From the NCBI GenBank assembly GCA_036172245.1, contig JAYWIR010000124.1:62001-95552 (forward strand): a DNA stretch of 33,552 bases, given 5' to 3'. Below, one piece after another: positions 1 to 10,949 of the stretch. The stretch is from Raillietiella orientalis (lineage: Eukaryota). Both the position numbers and the translations under genes were made by a program. Numbering within the stretch: position 1 is the stretch's first letter; the number at the start of each line of letters is the position of its first letter. The notes beneath the pieces are model-generated. The model worked only from the letters and a program-made list of their open reading frames with translations, was not told the DNA's origin and searched no databases.

Positions 1-118
1 AAGGGATGGGGTAAATTTATGTTTCTATAAAAAAACACTTTTTACATTCAAATTCTCATTCACTCAATATAAACACTTTTCACTTGGGAGTCCTTGGGTT
101 GCACAGGAGTTCTGATTT

Positions 119-3100
119 TCAAGGGGGGAATCCAGCTGGATGGTCCCGGGCGTCGTCATTGATCCTCCTCAGGGATCCTCCCGCAGTTCCTGATACCGAT
201 TTCACTCTTTAGGAGCCCTTGTAGGATATCCATCGGTGGTGCGGCTATCCTGGCTTTCCTCATTTTCCACCACCGCACAAGTATGCCGGTGATAAAGAGA
301 GGGCTATGTTCGTCCTCAGCATAAGATTCTAACAGGGATCATTACAATCCTTATGAAACATCCAGGCGAGGATCTCCATAACGGACTTGTTGGTAAGTCC
401 TATGATCCTTTTCAGGATCAGCCAGTCATGCAGCAATGTGGGACACGTCAAAACGTGAAGTCTCGTGAGGGTGTCTCCACATGCTGCGCAGTCTCGGTCT
501 TCCCCTCTTCCGGTGAAGTGCTTCCACCGGGACCCACTCTAGATTCCTCCATTATGAAACATCAGGAGGTCGTCCTGGGTCCCCGGCGGAAGGGTACTCC
601 TCCAGACCGTCGTGCCGATCGCTAGCAGGTTGATGCGATCGCTCCCGTAGCGGTCGGCGGTTTCTTGGAGGGCACTAATGTCTCTTTCGTACTCCTTGAT
701 CAATCTGCGGAGGTTCATTTTGGTAACCCTCGACCCCGCGAAGTCGTTGTGGTTGATCCACACCTCGCGTGTGTAATGGGTGAACCTCCCTTACATCATC
801 TCCATGTACCGAAGTACACGAAAGTGATGTAGGTACCCTCTTCGTTTCCACTCCTGGATTCGTTGAAGGGTAACTCTGGACCGCTGGTGGATCCAGCTTC
901 TCGTGTCCTGCGGGACAGGAAGCATCCAAGCGATCACCAAGATGCACTCGTCCTGCCAGAGTTCCCCACTTCTCAGCACGATCTTGATTTTGTGCTTTCG
1001 CACCAGCCGTTGCTTCCTCGTCCAGGTTGGCTCGATTTTTTTCCATTCGCCTGCTTGGCCTAGCAGCGCAGTAATCAGGCCTTTCGAGTTGTTCAACAAC
1101 AACGCGTAGGCCCTGTGCGCCGCATACGGCAGGTCAACCCAGTAAGTGGCAATGTCCCGGATGTGTCGCGTATCCATGATTTCTGTGGAGTGTGCAAGCG
1201 ACTTCATCCCGGAACCGCCTTCTTCCCAGGGACGACACAGGGGTTTTAGTCGGACTCTTGGTCTATAGTGGCCCCACAGTGTTTTTCTCTGCAGCTTGTC
1301 GAACTCCCTCGTGGTGTCCTTGTTCATCCTCGCGAAGGCCGCTCCGAAAAGCACTTTTGGAAGGAGAACTCCGTTCCATATGTTGGCCTTTCGTTTCATT
1401 CCAAGGTCCGTTCGGGTGTACTTGGCTGCTTTCCTGGCCGCTTTCCCTAGGATCTTGGTCCAAAATAGCTTCGACGCGGAGACGTAGCCAATCTAGGCAC
1501 CCAGGTACTTGGCCTTGTCCACCGTTGGAAATCCTCTCGCCGCTAGAGTGAAGAGATCGAGGATCCCAACTGGCAAAAGCAGGCTTTTCTTGGCGTTGAT
1601 CTCTAAACCCAGGCCTTGATCCATCAGGTCTACCACATCCGGAAACGCTCGTTGATTTCTCGCTCCCTTGATACAGAAGAGTAGATCATCAGCGTATGCC
1701 AGATGGGTAAGACGCTGGCCATCGATTGTTATGCCTTTCAGCCGTCCGTTCTTCTCGATAAAGGACGACAACGCCTCCATGTAAATTACGAACGGCATCG
1801 GACTTTGCGAATCGCCCTGCTGGACTCCCCGTTCTATCCGGATTGCTGCCGTCTCCTGGCCGTTGATTTTGATTCGGCAGTACTGGTTCTATAGTACCAC
1901 CCTCACGAAGTTGCTGAAGTGTTCCAGAAGGCCTAGCATCTCCAGAACCTTCAGCAGCATCTCATGGTCGGTGGAGTCGAAAGCCTTCTCCATGTCAGTG
2001 AAAACCAGCGCCAGGTTCTCTCCAACGTATCGGCTGAGCCCGACGGTGGTCTGAGCACACTTGACATTGTCCGACATGTAACGTCCAGAAACTGCACATG
2101 TTTGGACCAAGGAGATGAGCCTCGACATGACCTTGCCTAAGCGGTTGGACCAGATCTTCGCCAACCACTTGGCATCGGAGTTCAGGATCGAGAATCGCCT
2201 CCATTGAGCGACCTGCGTGAGATCGCCTACTTTTGGCAACAATATCATGGGACTCTCCTAGAAGGACTGTGGAAGTCTTCCTTCTTCGCGGATGCAGAGG
2301 GTCAACTGGTGGAACAAACGCAGGTAGGACTGCAGATACCGCTGATAGTGAGTGATGGGTACGGTGTCAGGGCCCGATGCCACGTCCTTGCGCAGTTGTC
2401 CAAAAGCAGACTTCACCTCGTATTCGGAGAATTCCTCCTACAGTCTGTTCCGCTGAAGGTCGTCGGTCCTCTTCTCGAGATAGCTCAGAAAGGTCTGTTG
2501 ACTAGAGCGACAGAGATGTTGTCGCCTGAAGTGTTTCGTGTAATGCCTGTGAAAGGCATCCACGATGTTTTCGGACGACTGTCGCTTTTGACCGTCGTAC
2601 TGGATGCAGAAGATACCTGTTGCCAGATTTCTCTTCTCCAGCACGCCGACTTCCCCTTTTATGTTCTTAAAGACGTACCGACTCTCGTGCTGATCGAAGT
2701 ACTTTGAGAGTGAGCGATCTTGGATGTTGAGCAACCGGTACTCCTCCTGCCTCAAGCGCCTATCTTCGAACTGCATGTTTGCAAACAGGTGTATCCTGTG
2801 TTTCAGGCTGTCCCAGTCGGCGACTCTTCGGATCGTTGTTGCCTTCAGAATCGTCTCCAAGACAGCCTGATGTCCGGGATGGGTTCCGAACCAGGCGTGC
2901 ATGCTGATGAGCTCAGCCCTGGTGCATTGTTTTCGCCGAGGATTTTCCGTTCTTATGGAAAACAGCACTAGGGGGTGAACGGAGACCGTCGACATAATGA
3001 GTTGAAAACCCTGGATGCGATTCCCAAGTTGAATGCTGTGTAGGACGTGATCAATCGGCTTGTGAACTGCTGTTCGCCACACCAGTTCGAACTTGTCGGA

Positions 3101-3585
3101 TAGCCGCCGATACGGCGTCCTTCCTCTGGCGTCTTCCGAATGAATGATCTCATCCAATATGTTGAGATCGCCAGCAACAATCACGACGTCCTTGGAAGCA
3201 ACCTTTTCACGAAGTGCTGCATGCAGCGCCTCCGCACAACGATGTTTTAGCCTGTGCGGCCCGTACACGTTCACCAGGATGAGGTGCACAGTAGTGGACC
3301 AGGCCAGTCGTACGCCGATGATTCGTCCGGGTTGGGAACAGAACACTTCCGGAATAGTGATAACCAAGTTGTTCTTGATTAGTACTGCCACACCCTGCGT
3401 GTGCCGTTCTCCCTCGCTGACGAACATCCGCCCGTTGAATCGCCGTTCCAGTTGCTGACTAATCTCGAGACCCATCTTGTGGGTCTCCTGCAGGTACACT
3501 ATGTCTTGTTGTGCGATGATCCGCACAAACCTTTTTCTTTTTTAATGGTCGACCACACCGTTTGCATTGCAGTAGGCGATTCCTT
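119..3585 (-). pseudogene. A1 ORF2: APE endonuclease + reverse transcriptase + C-terminal Cys/His finger, interrupted by several nonsense codons
   Basis: ORF fragments 2438-3526, 1889-2248, 1493-1798, 791-1399 and 539-763 give successive LINE ORF2 motifs. EN begins IAYCNANG near 3580; final TGA at 119-121. Confidence 0.88.
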
Positions 3586-4973
3586 TTCTTTCCTTCCTTT
3601 CTCTTTCCTTTCTTCCCTACCTGTATGAAGCCGTCTTCCGATACCGGGACGGCTTCTTTCACCTTCTTCGGCCTTCCTGCCTTCTTAGGCTGTTCCGCCT
3701 TCTTGGTGTTTCTCTCTCTCACGGGAGAGAGACCTCGAATCCTTCTGCAGTTTGCAAACTCCGAACAGTTTTATTTGGCATGTCCGTGTTTCTTGCAGAA
3801 GGAGCACCCCTCCGGCTGCGGGCAGTTTCGGACTTGATGTCCTACTTTGCCGTAGCGGAAACAACGACACGTTGGGCAAACGCCCGCCCTGTGGCCGAAC
3901 TGCTTGCACTTGGTGCAGAATATCGGTTGTTGCCGGTTACGCACGTTCACTTCCTGGGATTGTTCGTCAAGAACGGCTAATCCAGGGATCACAGCTCCCT
4001 CTTTCAACTTCATTTTGGCGATCATGTCGCCAGAAAATATATTTCCAGAGAAGTTCTGGAATTCAAAGTCCAGAACTTCCTTATACTGCTCCAAAAAGTT
4101 CCAAACCGTTAGTTGCGGTGTGAGGATGGAGATGCCGTTCAGAAACACGGTTGTGTATGGCATCTCGCTAACACCACGAACCATCCTCCCTTGTATATTG
4201 ATCCCCTTCTGGATCAATCGCTCCCTAATCTTTTCACAGTCTGTGAAGACTGTGAACCCGTTGTTTGCTGGTATGATCGCCTCTATGCGATCAAAATTCA
4301 TGTCCGTTTTATCGAGGGACAGATACACCTCCCTGATATTATTGAACTTGATCAGCCCAGTCTTGAAAATGATGGGCTTCACATTCGTCCCTAACTCCAC
4401 GATCGGCCGATCCACCTTTTGGACTTTACCGCATAGCGGCTTCCCGAATTTTCTTGGTGGGTGGACACTCGCTTGTCCAGCCGCCATAGACGCATAGGAA
4501 AAGGGCTGCGCCGCCGCAGCCGAACAAGATGGCGTCTCGCCCTCAACCGCGTGGACGCCCGCGTGTCCTGCCTGGCACGCCGCCGCTCCGAGCGCAACCC
4601 TCGACGTCGCCACCGTTGCCGCCGCAGGCGCTACCTTCCCCGCCGCGGGCACGATCCTCGGCGTCGCCGCCGTGGGCACGACCTCCGCCGTCGTCGCCGC
4701 GGGCACGACCCTTGGCATCGCCTCCGCAGGCGCAGCAAAGCCCGCCGCGGGCGCGATCCTCGGCATGCCTGCCACCGCCTCGCCGTTGCCGCACGTTACC
4801 TCCATGGCTTCCATTGGGGACGACGGTCTCTCCACTCCTCCTCTAGGTGCCTGCTTCCTTACAGCTGGTCTTGCTGCACGGGACCACTGCAGGTCTTTTG
4901 CCGCGATCTCCTCGCCTCTTCTTTTGTAGTTTCGTCTGGAAAACTTCCCCTCTCCGGGCACACACGAGCACAA
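3580..4973 (-). pseudogene. A1 ORF1: gag-like nucleic-acid-binding protein with three CCHC zinc knuckles and an in-frame TAA at 3771-3773
   Basis: CTKCKQFGHRAGVC, CFRYGKVGHQVRNC, CSFCKKHGHAK*NC; FSYASMAA motif. The same frame continues into the Lys-rich segment of ORF 3459-3722. True start uncertain (possibly an ATG near 4814). Confidence 0.8.
4639..4770 (-). repeat. Degenerate 27-bp (9-aa) coding repeats in the A1 ORF1 N-terminus
   Basis: Units such as GCCGCGGGCACGATCCTCGGC; protein MPRIAPAA / MPRVVPAA / TAEVVPTA / TPRIVPAA. Confidence 0.7.
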
Positions 4974-5005
4974 TCAACTGATTAAGTTGTCGAACGCACA
5001 ATACT

Positions 5006-6504
5006 TTGAGCCGCGAAGCAAGTTCACCGACTCAGCAGGAGAGGAGCGATCTCCCGTCTGTCAAGAAGGTGACTCCGTTGACGCCTTTTAAAGGCGTAAG
5101 GAAAGCAACGATCCCAGAGAACGTTGCGAAAATCCCGGTGGTTTCCGCAACTACTGTAGCGGAAGCCTCTAAAAATCGCGAAGGCGAATGAAAGGTTGTG
5201 AAGAGCAGAGAAGAAATATCTCCAAAAAAGCTCCGCAACCTCCATCCCTGAGCTCTTCCAAAGGAAAAAGGAGTCGCGCGAATACGAAAACACGCGCGGC
5301 TTGTGCCTCTTCCCAGGAAGAAGCCAGCGCCTTTAACGCGTGCAAGTCCGCTTCTGTGACCGCCGAGAAGACCATTCCGGTGCAATCGGACGGATGCAAG
5401 CGCACGTCGATCGTGCGAGCATCAGACTCCGCAAAGGAGTTCCATAGCGTTGCTGAACGACGCGTTACTCACGCGGGAGCGAGTGCTTGCAGGGCTGAAG
5501 CCATGAAACGGACACACTCGCTGCAGAACGGCGAGTGCTCACCCCGGAACGCACAGGTTCTGCACCCGGGGAGGAGCACCCGATTACGTGCAGCACAGTT
5601 GAGGCCGGTGGCCACTGCGCCCTCCAGCCCGTCGTGCTGCTTACTGCCCGCTCGCCGGGTGAGGCGAGCACCACGGCCTCGCTTTCCCAGCCATGATGAG
5701 GGCAATCGCGTCTTCTCGTCGTGTTGCCGTGACGTCTTGGAACGTGAACGGGCTCCAACACAAGCAGAAGAGGCGACTAGTGGCTCACGCTTTGCGCGCC
5801 TTCGACTTGACGCTCCTGGAGGAGATTCACAGCATCTCCGAAGAGCAGGCTGCCGAAATCGAACGGCGCGCGGGCGAAACGCTACTTTATAGGTGCGACG
5901 TTGCACGTACGTGCGGCGTTGCTTTCCTCGTGCGAGGAACTTTGGCGGGAGCGGTGCGCTGCGTTCGTTTCGACACGGAAGGCCGAGTGGGACAGCTTGT
6001 ACTCAAGTGGTCCTACTCGATCGACCTTGTGGTAACCAACATGTACGCGCCGAGCGGTGCTGGACGATGAACCGAAAGGATTGAGTGCTTCGGTACCCTT
6101 CAAAGCCAGTGGTTCACTCGATTTCACCCTTCTGTGGCCCATCTCATTGCAGGGGACTTTAACGTCCACCTGCTTTCCAAGAATAGCTCCCACAAAAGGG
6201 AAAAGTTGCTAGCGGAAGTGATGTGCGCGTCCGTGGACGCGTGCAACTTGTTCGCTAGCTACCCTGTTATGGCAGCAACGCCAGAATACGTATACCTTGA
6301 TGAACACTTGCTCTCTCGAGTGAGTCGGAGAGGTCCCTTGCCGTCCCTGCTTTCACACCAAAACAGGCTCGAGTTCGAGTTGCCCCCGCCAGGCAAGGGG
6401 CCTCCAAACTCTTTTTGGAGGATGCCTGCAGACTGAATAAGCCACCCGGATGCGGTGGAGTATCTTCACCAGTACCTCCTCGGCTTTGTTATAAGTGTGC
6501 ACGA
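5006..6504 (+). mobile_element. Element D fragment: ORF1 C-terminal tail + APE endonuclease (decayed)
   Basis: 5693-6436 encodes SWNVNGL, LLEEIH, NMYAPS, HLIAGDFN and WRMPAD, preceded by a low-complexity ORF1-like tail. Cut at 6504 by the 3' end of element C. Confidence 0.82.
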
Positions 6505-6644
6505 TTCTCACCCGGTTGCGCCGGGCGTTTATTCTTGCGAATAACACGAGTTTCTGTGGCTAAACGGGTGGTTTAGCCAAATACAACTAAACTACAAGCT
6601 TGCCGGGTCACCGGCTCGCAGTCCGGTACGGGCCACCACGGCAG
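6505..6644 (-). other. Structured 3' end of element C (CTGCGA-loop stem, second hairpin, AATAAA, terminal hairpin)
   Basis: Minus strand: ACCGG-aCTGCGAg-CCGGT; TGGCTAAAC-caccc-GTTTAGCCA; AATAAA-CGCCCGG-cgcaa-CCGGGTG-AGAA. Confidence 0.7.
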
Positions 6645-8851
6645 CAGAAGGGGCTGTTACAAAACGAAAAGATATAAATAAAAATAAAAAAAAAAATAAA
6701 AACAACATCTGGTGGGCACGGGAAGGGATCACAGTCTGCTGCGGGGCCGTTCCATACTTTCTAGAATGCCGGCAAGCTGTATTTGGATTGATGTATCCAG
6801 ATGGGTCCATCCTGTCGCTGTCCTCATAAATTTGGCTGCGTACTGGACGGCACGCTTATCGTTTGGTCCTTGCGTCGCCTTGCTCCATGCCGCGATGATC
6901 CCGCGAAAGCAGCACATGGCTGCTAACGAGGCCGCTGGCTGAAGGGCGTTGCAGACGAAGGGGGACATAACTGCGTCTCTGGGGTTGCCACAGGGGTTAC
7001 CGATTACCGCGGCAAAACGGTTCCAAAGGAACCGAAGAGCAGCGCTATCCATAAGGAGGTGGAGAAGTGAGTTCCTTTCCCCACACCTCACACAATTAGG
7101 GTTCACCGCTCCTTAGTTCCAATGGTGCCGGTGGGCGATGCAAGGGAGTCCCCAATGCAGCAACAGTAACGCCGACTCCTGCCACTTTAAGGGGAGGGTG
7201 GAGGTGTTCATCTGCACTGGGGGCCACTTAAGTTGTTCCGTCGGAACGTTTAGCAGCTCGCCTCAGCGCGAAATTCTAATAGGAGTGGTAATCCGGGGTA
7301 GTATCACAAAGGATGCCCGTTTTCCATTCCCCGATCTTCTTCTCCGTACCGGAGATTCTAGCAAATACTTCCTATGCCACCGCAGTTTTGCTGTCCAGAT
7401 GGTCCACGAGGGAAAACAGCATTGCAGCGAGGAGATTTTCCTCGCCACACTCGTTTTTGGAAGTTCTTCAGGACCTCCCGGAGCGTGAGGCGGTCATTAA
7501 GGGCAAAGAAATGTCTCTGCCTTTCTTAAGTGCGTTGCTGGTTGCTCCTTGCCCACGCTTGAACAGTTTCCTGCAGCCATGCAGGTCCGTTAACAAGGCG
7601 ACAGCAGAGCCATCTTGCGTTCTTTTTCATCAGGTCAGCCACTCTCCGCAACTGCAATCCGCAGTGACCGACTTGGCGGCGTCGACGGAGCGCAAGGAAG
7701 GATAACAGTCCCACCTTGCCTGTAGCTTGTTCGACGAGGAGACGTGCGGGCTCGCACCAGCTGGTACTCCAATACTTCGTCACTAGGGCGATTAACCGAA
7801 ACTGGAGCTGGAGCTTTTAGCCGCTCCAGCGTCAGGAGGCCGAGACCGCCGTCCCGACGCGGAGCGCTCAAGTCCACAAGCCGGACTCGGGCCCTCCCAT
7901 TACCCCACAGGGTAATCCTTAGGAGGTCCTTCGTCCGCTTTTTAGTCTCTGTGGTGGGGACACAAACAAAAAGTAGGGAACGGAGGAGGGGGGCCGCGGA
8001 CGCGTTTCACACCGCGGCCCGTTCCGGTAGGAAAAACCTGCGTCCTTGGAACGGGCCGATTGCCGTCTCCACCTTCTGAAGGCAGCTGGACCACGCATCC
8101 GAAGAAAGATAATCCCTAATCGGTACAGCGAGCTACTTGGAGCACCGTACCGTGGGGATTCCCAAACGGACCCAGTCCGGTTGCCCTGCCCACGCCGCAC
8201 CGACTGGCATTACGGACGACTTCGTCTTTTTCACCTGAAGCCCGGTTGCCCGACTAAGCTGGTCGAAGAACTCCTCTACCGCCGGAGCCGGGATGCACAT
8301 GGGGAGCAGCAGCAAAAGGTCAACAGCGTATGCTGACACCGTAGGCGTGCCAAGACAGTCGCGTGGCAGGTGCGCTGGAGTTTCCCTGTATGCTCTTAGT
8401 ACCAACTCGAAATAGGTACTGAAGAGCAAGGAAATCAGGCTGTCTCCCTGCCGTATACCGCGTCGCAACGGTACGCCGTGCACGGTGTGTCCATTAAAAA
8501 AGATCTGGATGAGCGCGTCGTGCCAGCAGGATCGCAGGTAGGTCAGTAAAGTGACCAAGAAGCACATGCGTTCCAGGAGCTCCAGAAGGAGCCTCTGGTC
8601 GACACAGTCGAATGCTTTATGCAAATCGACTGCGACTGAGAGGGCTCCCTCCCCACCCCAACCATCCCGTTTCCTAGCGGAGGACATTCCGGAAGTCCGG
8701 TTGCACATCCTGACCCTTTCCTGTTGGAGGGCGAAAAAGGTGCTGGCGAGGAACAGGTTGGCATCCATGCTCCGCCCGGGAACAGCATATGTCTGCTCCG
8801 GGATAATGAAGCTTTCCGCTAATCGCACCAGGCGTTCAGCCCACAATTTCG

Positions 8852-8866
8852 CCAGCAACTTGGCGT
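8852..8866 (+). repeat. Left 15-bp target-site duplication of B1
   Basis: CCAGCAACTTGGCGT, identical to 16038-16052. Confidence 0.93.
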
Positions 8867-8869
8867 GCG

Positions 8870-8890
8870 GACGTGTTTTTGTAGCGCTCC
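8870..8890 (+). promoter_or_regulatory. Conserved 5'-terminal motif GACGTG-N9-CGCTCC (candidate internal promoter / start signal)
   Basis: Begins 3 nt after the TSD. The same motif occurs at 16636(+), 25014(-), 30764(-) and 31837(+). Confidence 0.6.
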
Positions 8891-8954
8891 TCCGCGCCTG
8901 GTGTAAAGCGTTTGGTTTCTTTTGTGTTTGTGTGTGAAGCATCTGCGGTGTCCA

Positions 8955-10949
8955 ATGGCAGAAATGCCTGAGGACACCGTGATGGATATAGGAGGGGGAG
9001 AGGCTTGCTCCTCTCCCCAACCCACGGAGGCGGGGGCAACCGCACCCCTGAAAAAAAGGGCAACCGCCGCCTCGGAAGAGAGGGCAAAGACCCCCTTGAA
9101 AAAGGGGGCAAAAGCCCCGCTGGAACAGGGTGCAACCGCACCCTTGAAAAAGGGGACAACCGCAACCCTGGAAAAGGGCGCAACCGCCTCCTTGAAAAAG
9201 GGGGCACCTGCACCCTCGAATGCGTCTTCGGCATCGCCGAAGACCTGGAGTTCAGTGCCTGCAGCCCCATCTTCTGCAGCCCTCGCCGAGCAGAAAGCCT
9301 ACCTGGAGCAGGGATACAAGGCGTCCCTGATATACAAGGAAGGCAATCTCTTTGTCGGGAACACCGCTCGCAACTTCGAAAGGGAGTTGCAGCGGTTGAA
9401 CGTAAAAGGGGAAGACCTGGAAGGTCTTTCCGTGTTGAGTGGTGGTCTGCGGGTGAAGCTGACTTGCAGAAATGCAAGCCTTGCTCAACACCTCCTGAAT
9501 ACGCCAATCACACTGGAAGGCCGAAAGATTTTCCCGGTAACGGAGGATCGCTCCGTGGTGACGCACCTCACGGGCGTCACCCTCCGCATGTCGAAAGCCG
9601 ACGTGCAGGAGGAACTCGGAAAATACGGAACGGTTCACGCGCTATGGCCCAAGCCCAACGTCTTCCAGAGTTACGGAAGACTGTTTAGTGGCATGGCTGG
9701 TGCGCGAGTAACCGTCCACGAAAACGGTGGGCTACCCCACAAACTAGACGTCGGCAACGAGACCGTCGAAGTCTGGTACGTGGGCACGCCCAAGTACTGT
9801 GGACACTGTGATGCCACAGGGCACCTGAAAAAGCGGTGCCCTCACATCCAGTCTTTCCACTGTGGAGAGAAGGGCCACCTCCGCAAAGTGTGCCCGAAGC
9901 GCGAACCCCCGAATCCCGCTGCCTTGAAAAAGGCCAAAGGGAAACGCGCGGAGGCTACGGAAAACCCTGCGAAGGCACCCGTGAGGCGGAACCCACAGGC
10001 GGAGCCCGAGCCCGTACAACAAACGCCGGTCGTGGAATCTACCGACGACGCTCAAAAGAGCGAAGGCTGGCAGAAGGCGAAGCCTAAAGCTAAGAAAGCA
10101 AAGAAAACCGAAGGATCGAAAGCGGAACCCGCGACGTCTTTTTTAAATAGGACACAACGCCGCGCGTTGATCCGCGAATGTTCGGTCGCTTTGGAGCGTG
10201 TGGAGGTACCCGAGACCGCCACCGGGGAAGATATCCCTCGCGTCGACGCTGACGATAACGCGATCACGGAAGGCGCACCCTCTGTGCAAACAGAGGGGGA
10301 ACCGCGCGACGCGCTCGCCGCGATCGACGAGGCCGCCTTCCAGCAGGCGGCGGAAGAGCTCGCGGCCGAACTCGCCGACCGTGAGAACGGCGCGCGAAAG
10401 GCCTTGCGAAGGCCGACCGCGACCAGGGCACCTCCGACAGGTGACCACGACCCGGATGCCGGAAGTGCGTCCTCTTCCACGGAGGCGCCTCCGAAGAAGA
10501 CTGGACGGAAGTGCAAGAATCCCAAGAGGCACATCCCGACGAAGAGCGAGGGGGACGCACCGACAGCCGAGGGGGAAGCCGGCAGCGTGGGAACGGAGGG
10601 AGGAATTTTCCCACCCTCCGCCACCGAGCAGCCGGCCACCCCCATGGAGGAGGGAGAGCAGGTAGGGCATTGCCTCCCCCTTCCACCGGTGGAGCCTGCG
10701 AAGATGGTCATGGAAGAGGGGGAGCAGACAGCTGAGAACCGCTCCCCCCTGCCGTCCATCGCAGTCGAGAAATCGGCCCCCATGGAAGAGGGGAAGCAGG
10801 TGCGTGAAGCATGCTCCCTTCAACCGTTGCAGTCCGCCGAGGAATCGGCCCCCATGGAGGTGGGATAACCGCTGGGCGGTGCCCCCATGCCTCCATCCGT
10901 CCCGCCCAACCAGGTGGCGGGAGCCCCATTGCCACTTTCCCAGGAGTAA
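8955..10949 (+). CDS. B1 ORF1 gag-like protein, two CCHC knuckles (second degenerate); open to TAA 10866-10868, ancestral stop probably 10947-10949
   Basis: ATG at 8955 aligns with the B2 ATG at 16721. CGHCDATGHLKKRC, SFHCGEKGHLRKVC. The downstream peptide PPSVPPNQVAGAPLPLSQE* aligns with B2 PPRVPPQQVADAASPFSQD*. Confidence 0.85.
9033..9218 (+). repeat. 24-bp (8-aa GATAPLKK-like) tandem repeat, about 7.5 copies
   Basis: GGGGCAACCGCACCCCTGAAAAAA and variants; not expanded in B2. Confidence 0.85.
10640..10865 (+). repeat. About 69-72-bp coding repeat (PMEEGEQ units x4) in the ORF1 tail
   Basis: TPMEEGEQ, MVMEEGEQ, APMEEGKQ, APMEVG; related units in B2 near 18355-18500. Confidence 0.75.

Larger units (their letters stand above)
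1..5005 (-). mobile_element. Element A1: near full-length, decayed L1/Tx1-type non-LTR retrotransposon (family A). Its 3' end lies at or just beyond the window edge.
   Basis: Minus-strand order is ORF1 (3 CCHC knuckles), APE (YLQETH, AGDLN, IDHVL), RT (DMEKAFDS, QGDS, YADD), Cys finger, 3' UTR. Colinear with 26283-29425 in inverted orientation. 5' boundary approximate. Confidence 0.9.
6505..8866 (-). mobile_element. Element C, 3' part: RT, C-terminal finger and 3' UTR (decayed); interrupted by B1
   Basis: AKLLAKLW, VDLHKAFDCVD, RQGDSL, AYAVD, CVRCGERNSLLHLLMD, TGA at 6729, T-rich tract, AATAAA and terminal hairpin ending at 6505. Confidence 0.88.

Noticed and set aside
9033..9218. CRISPR-like array
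   Set aside because: Head-to-tail degenerate coding repeats without unique spacers, and no cas genes.
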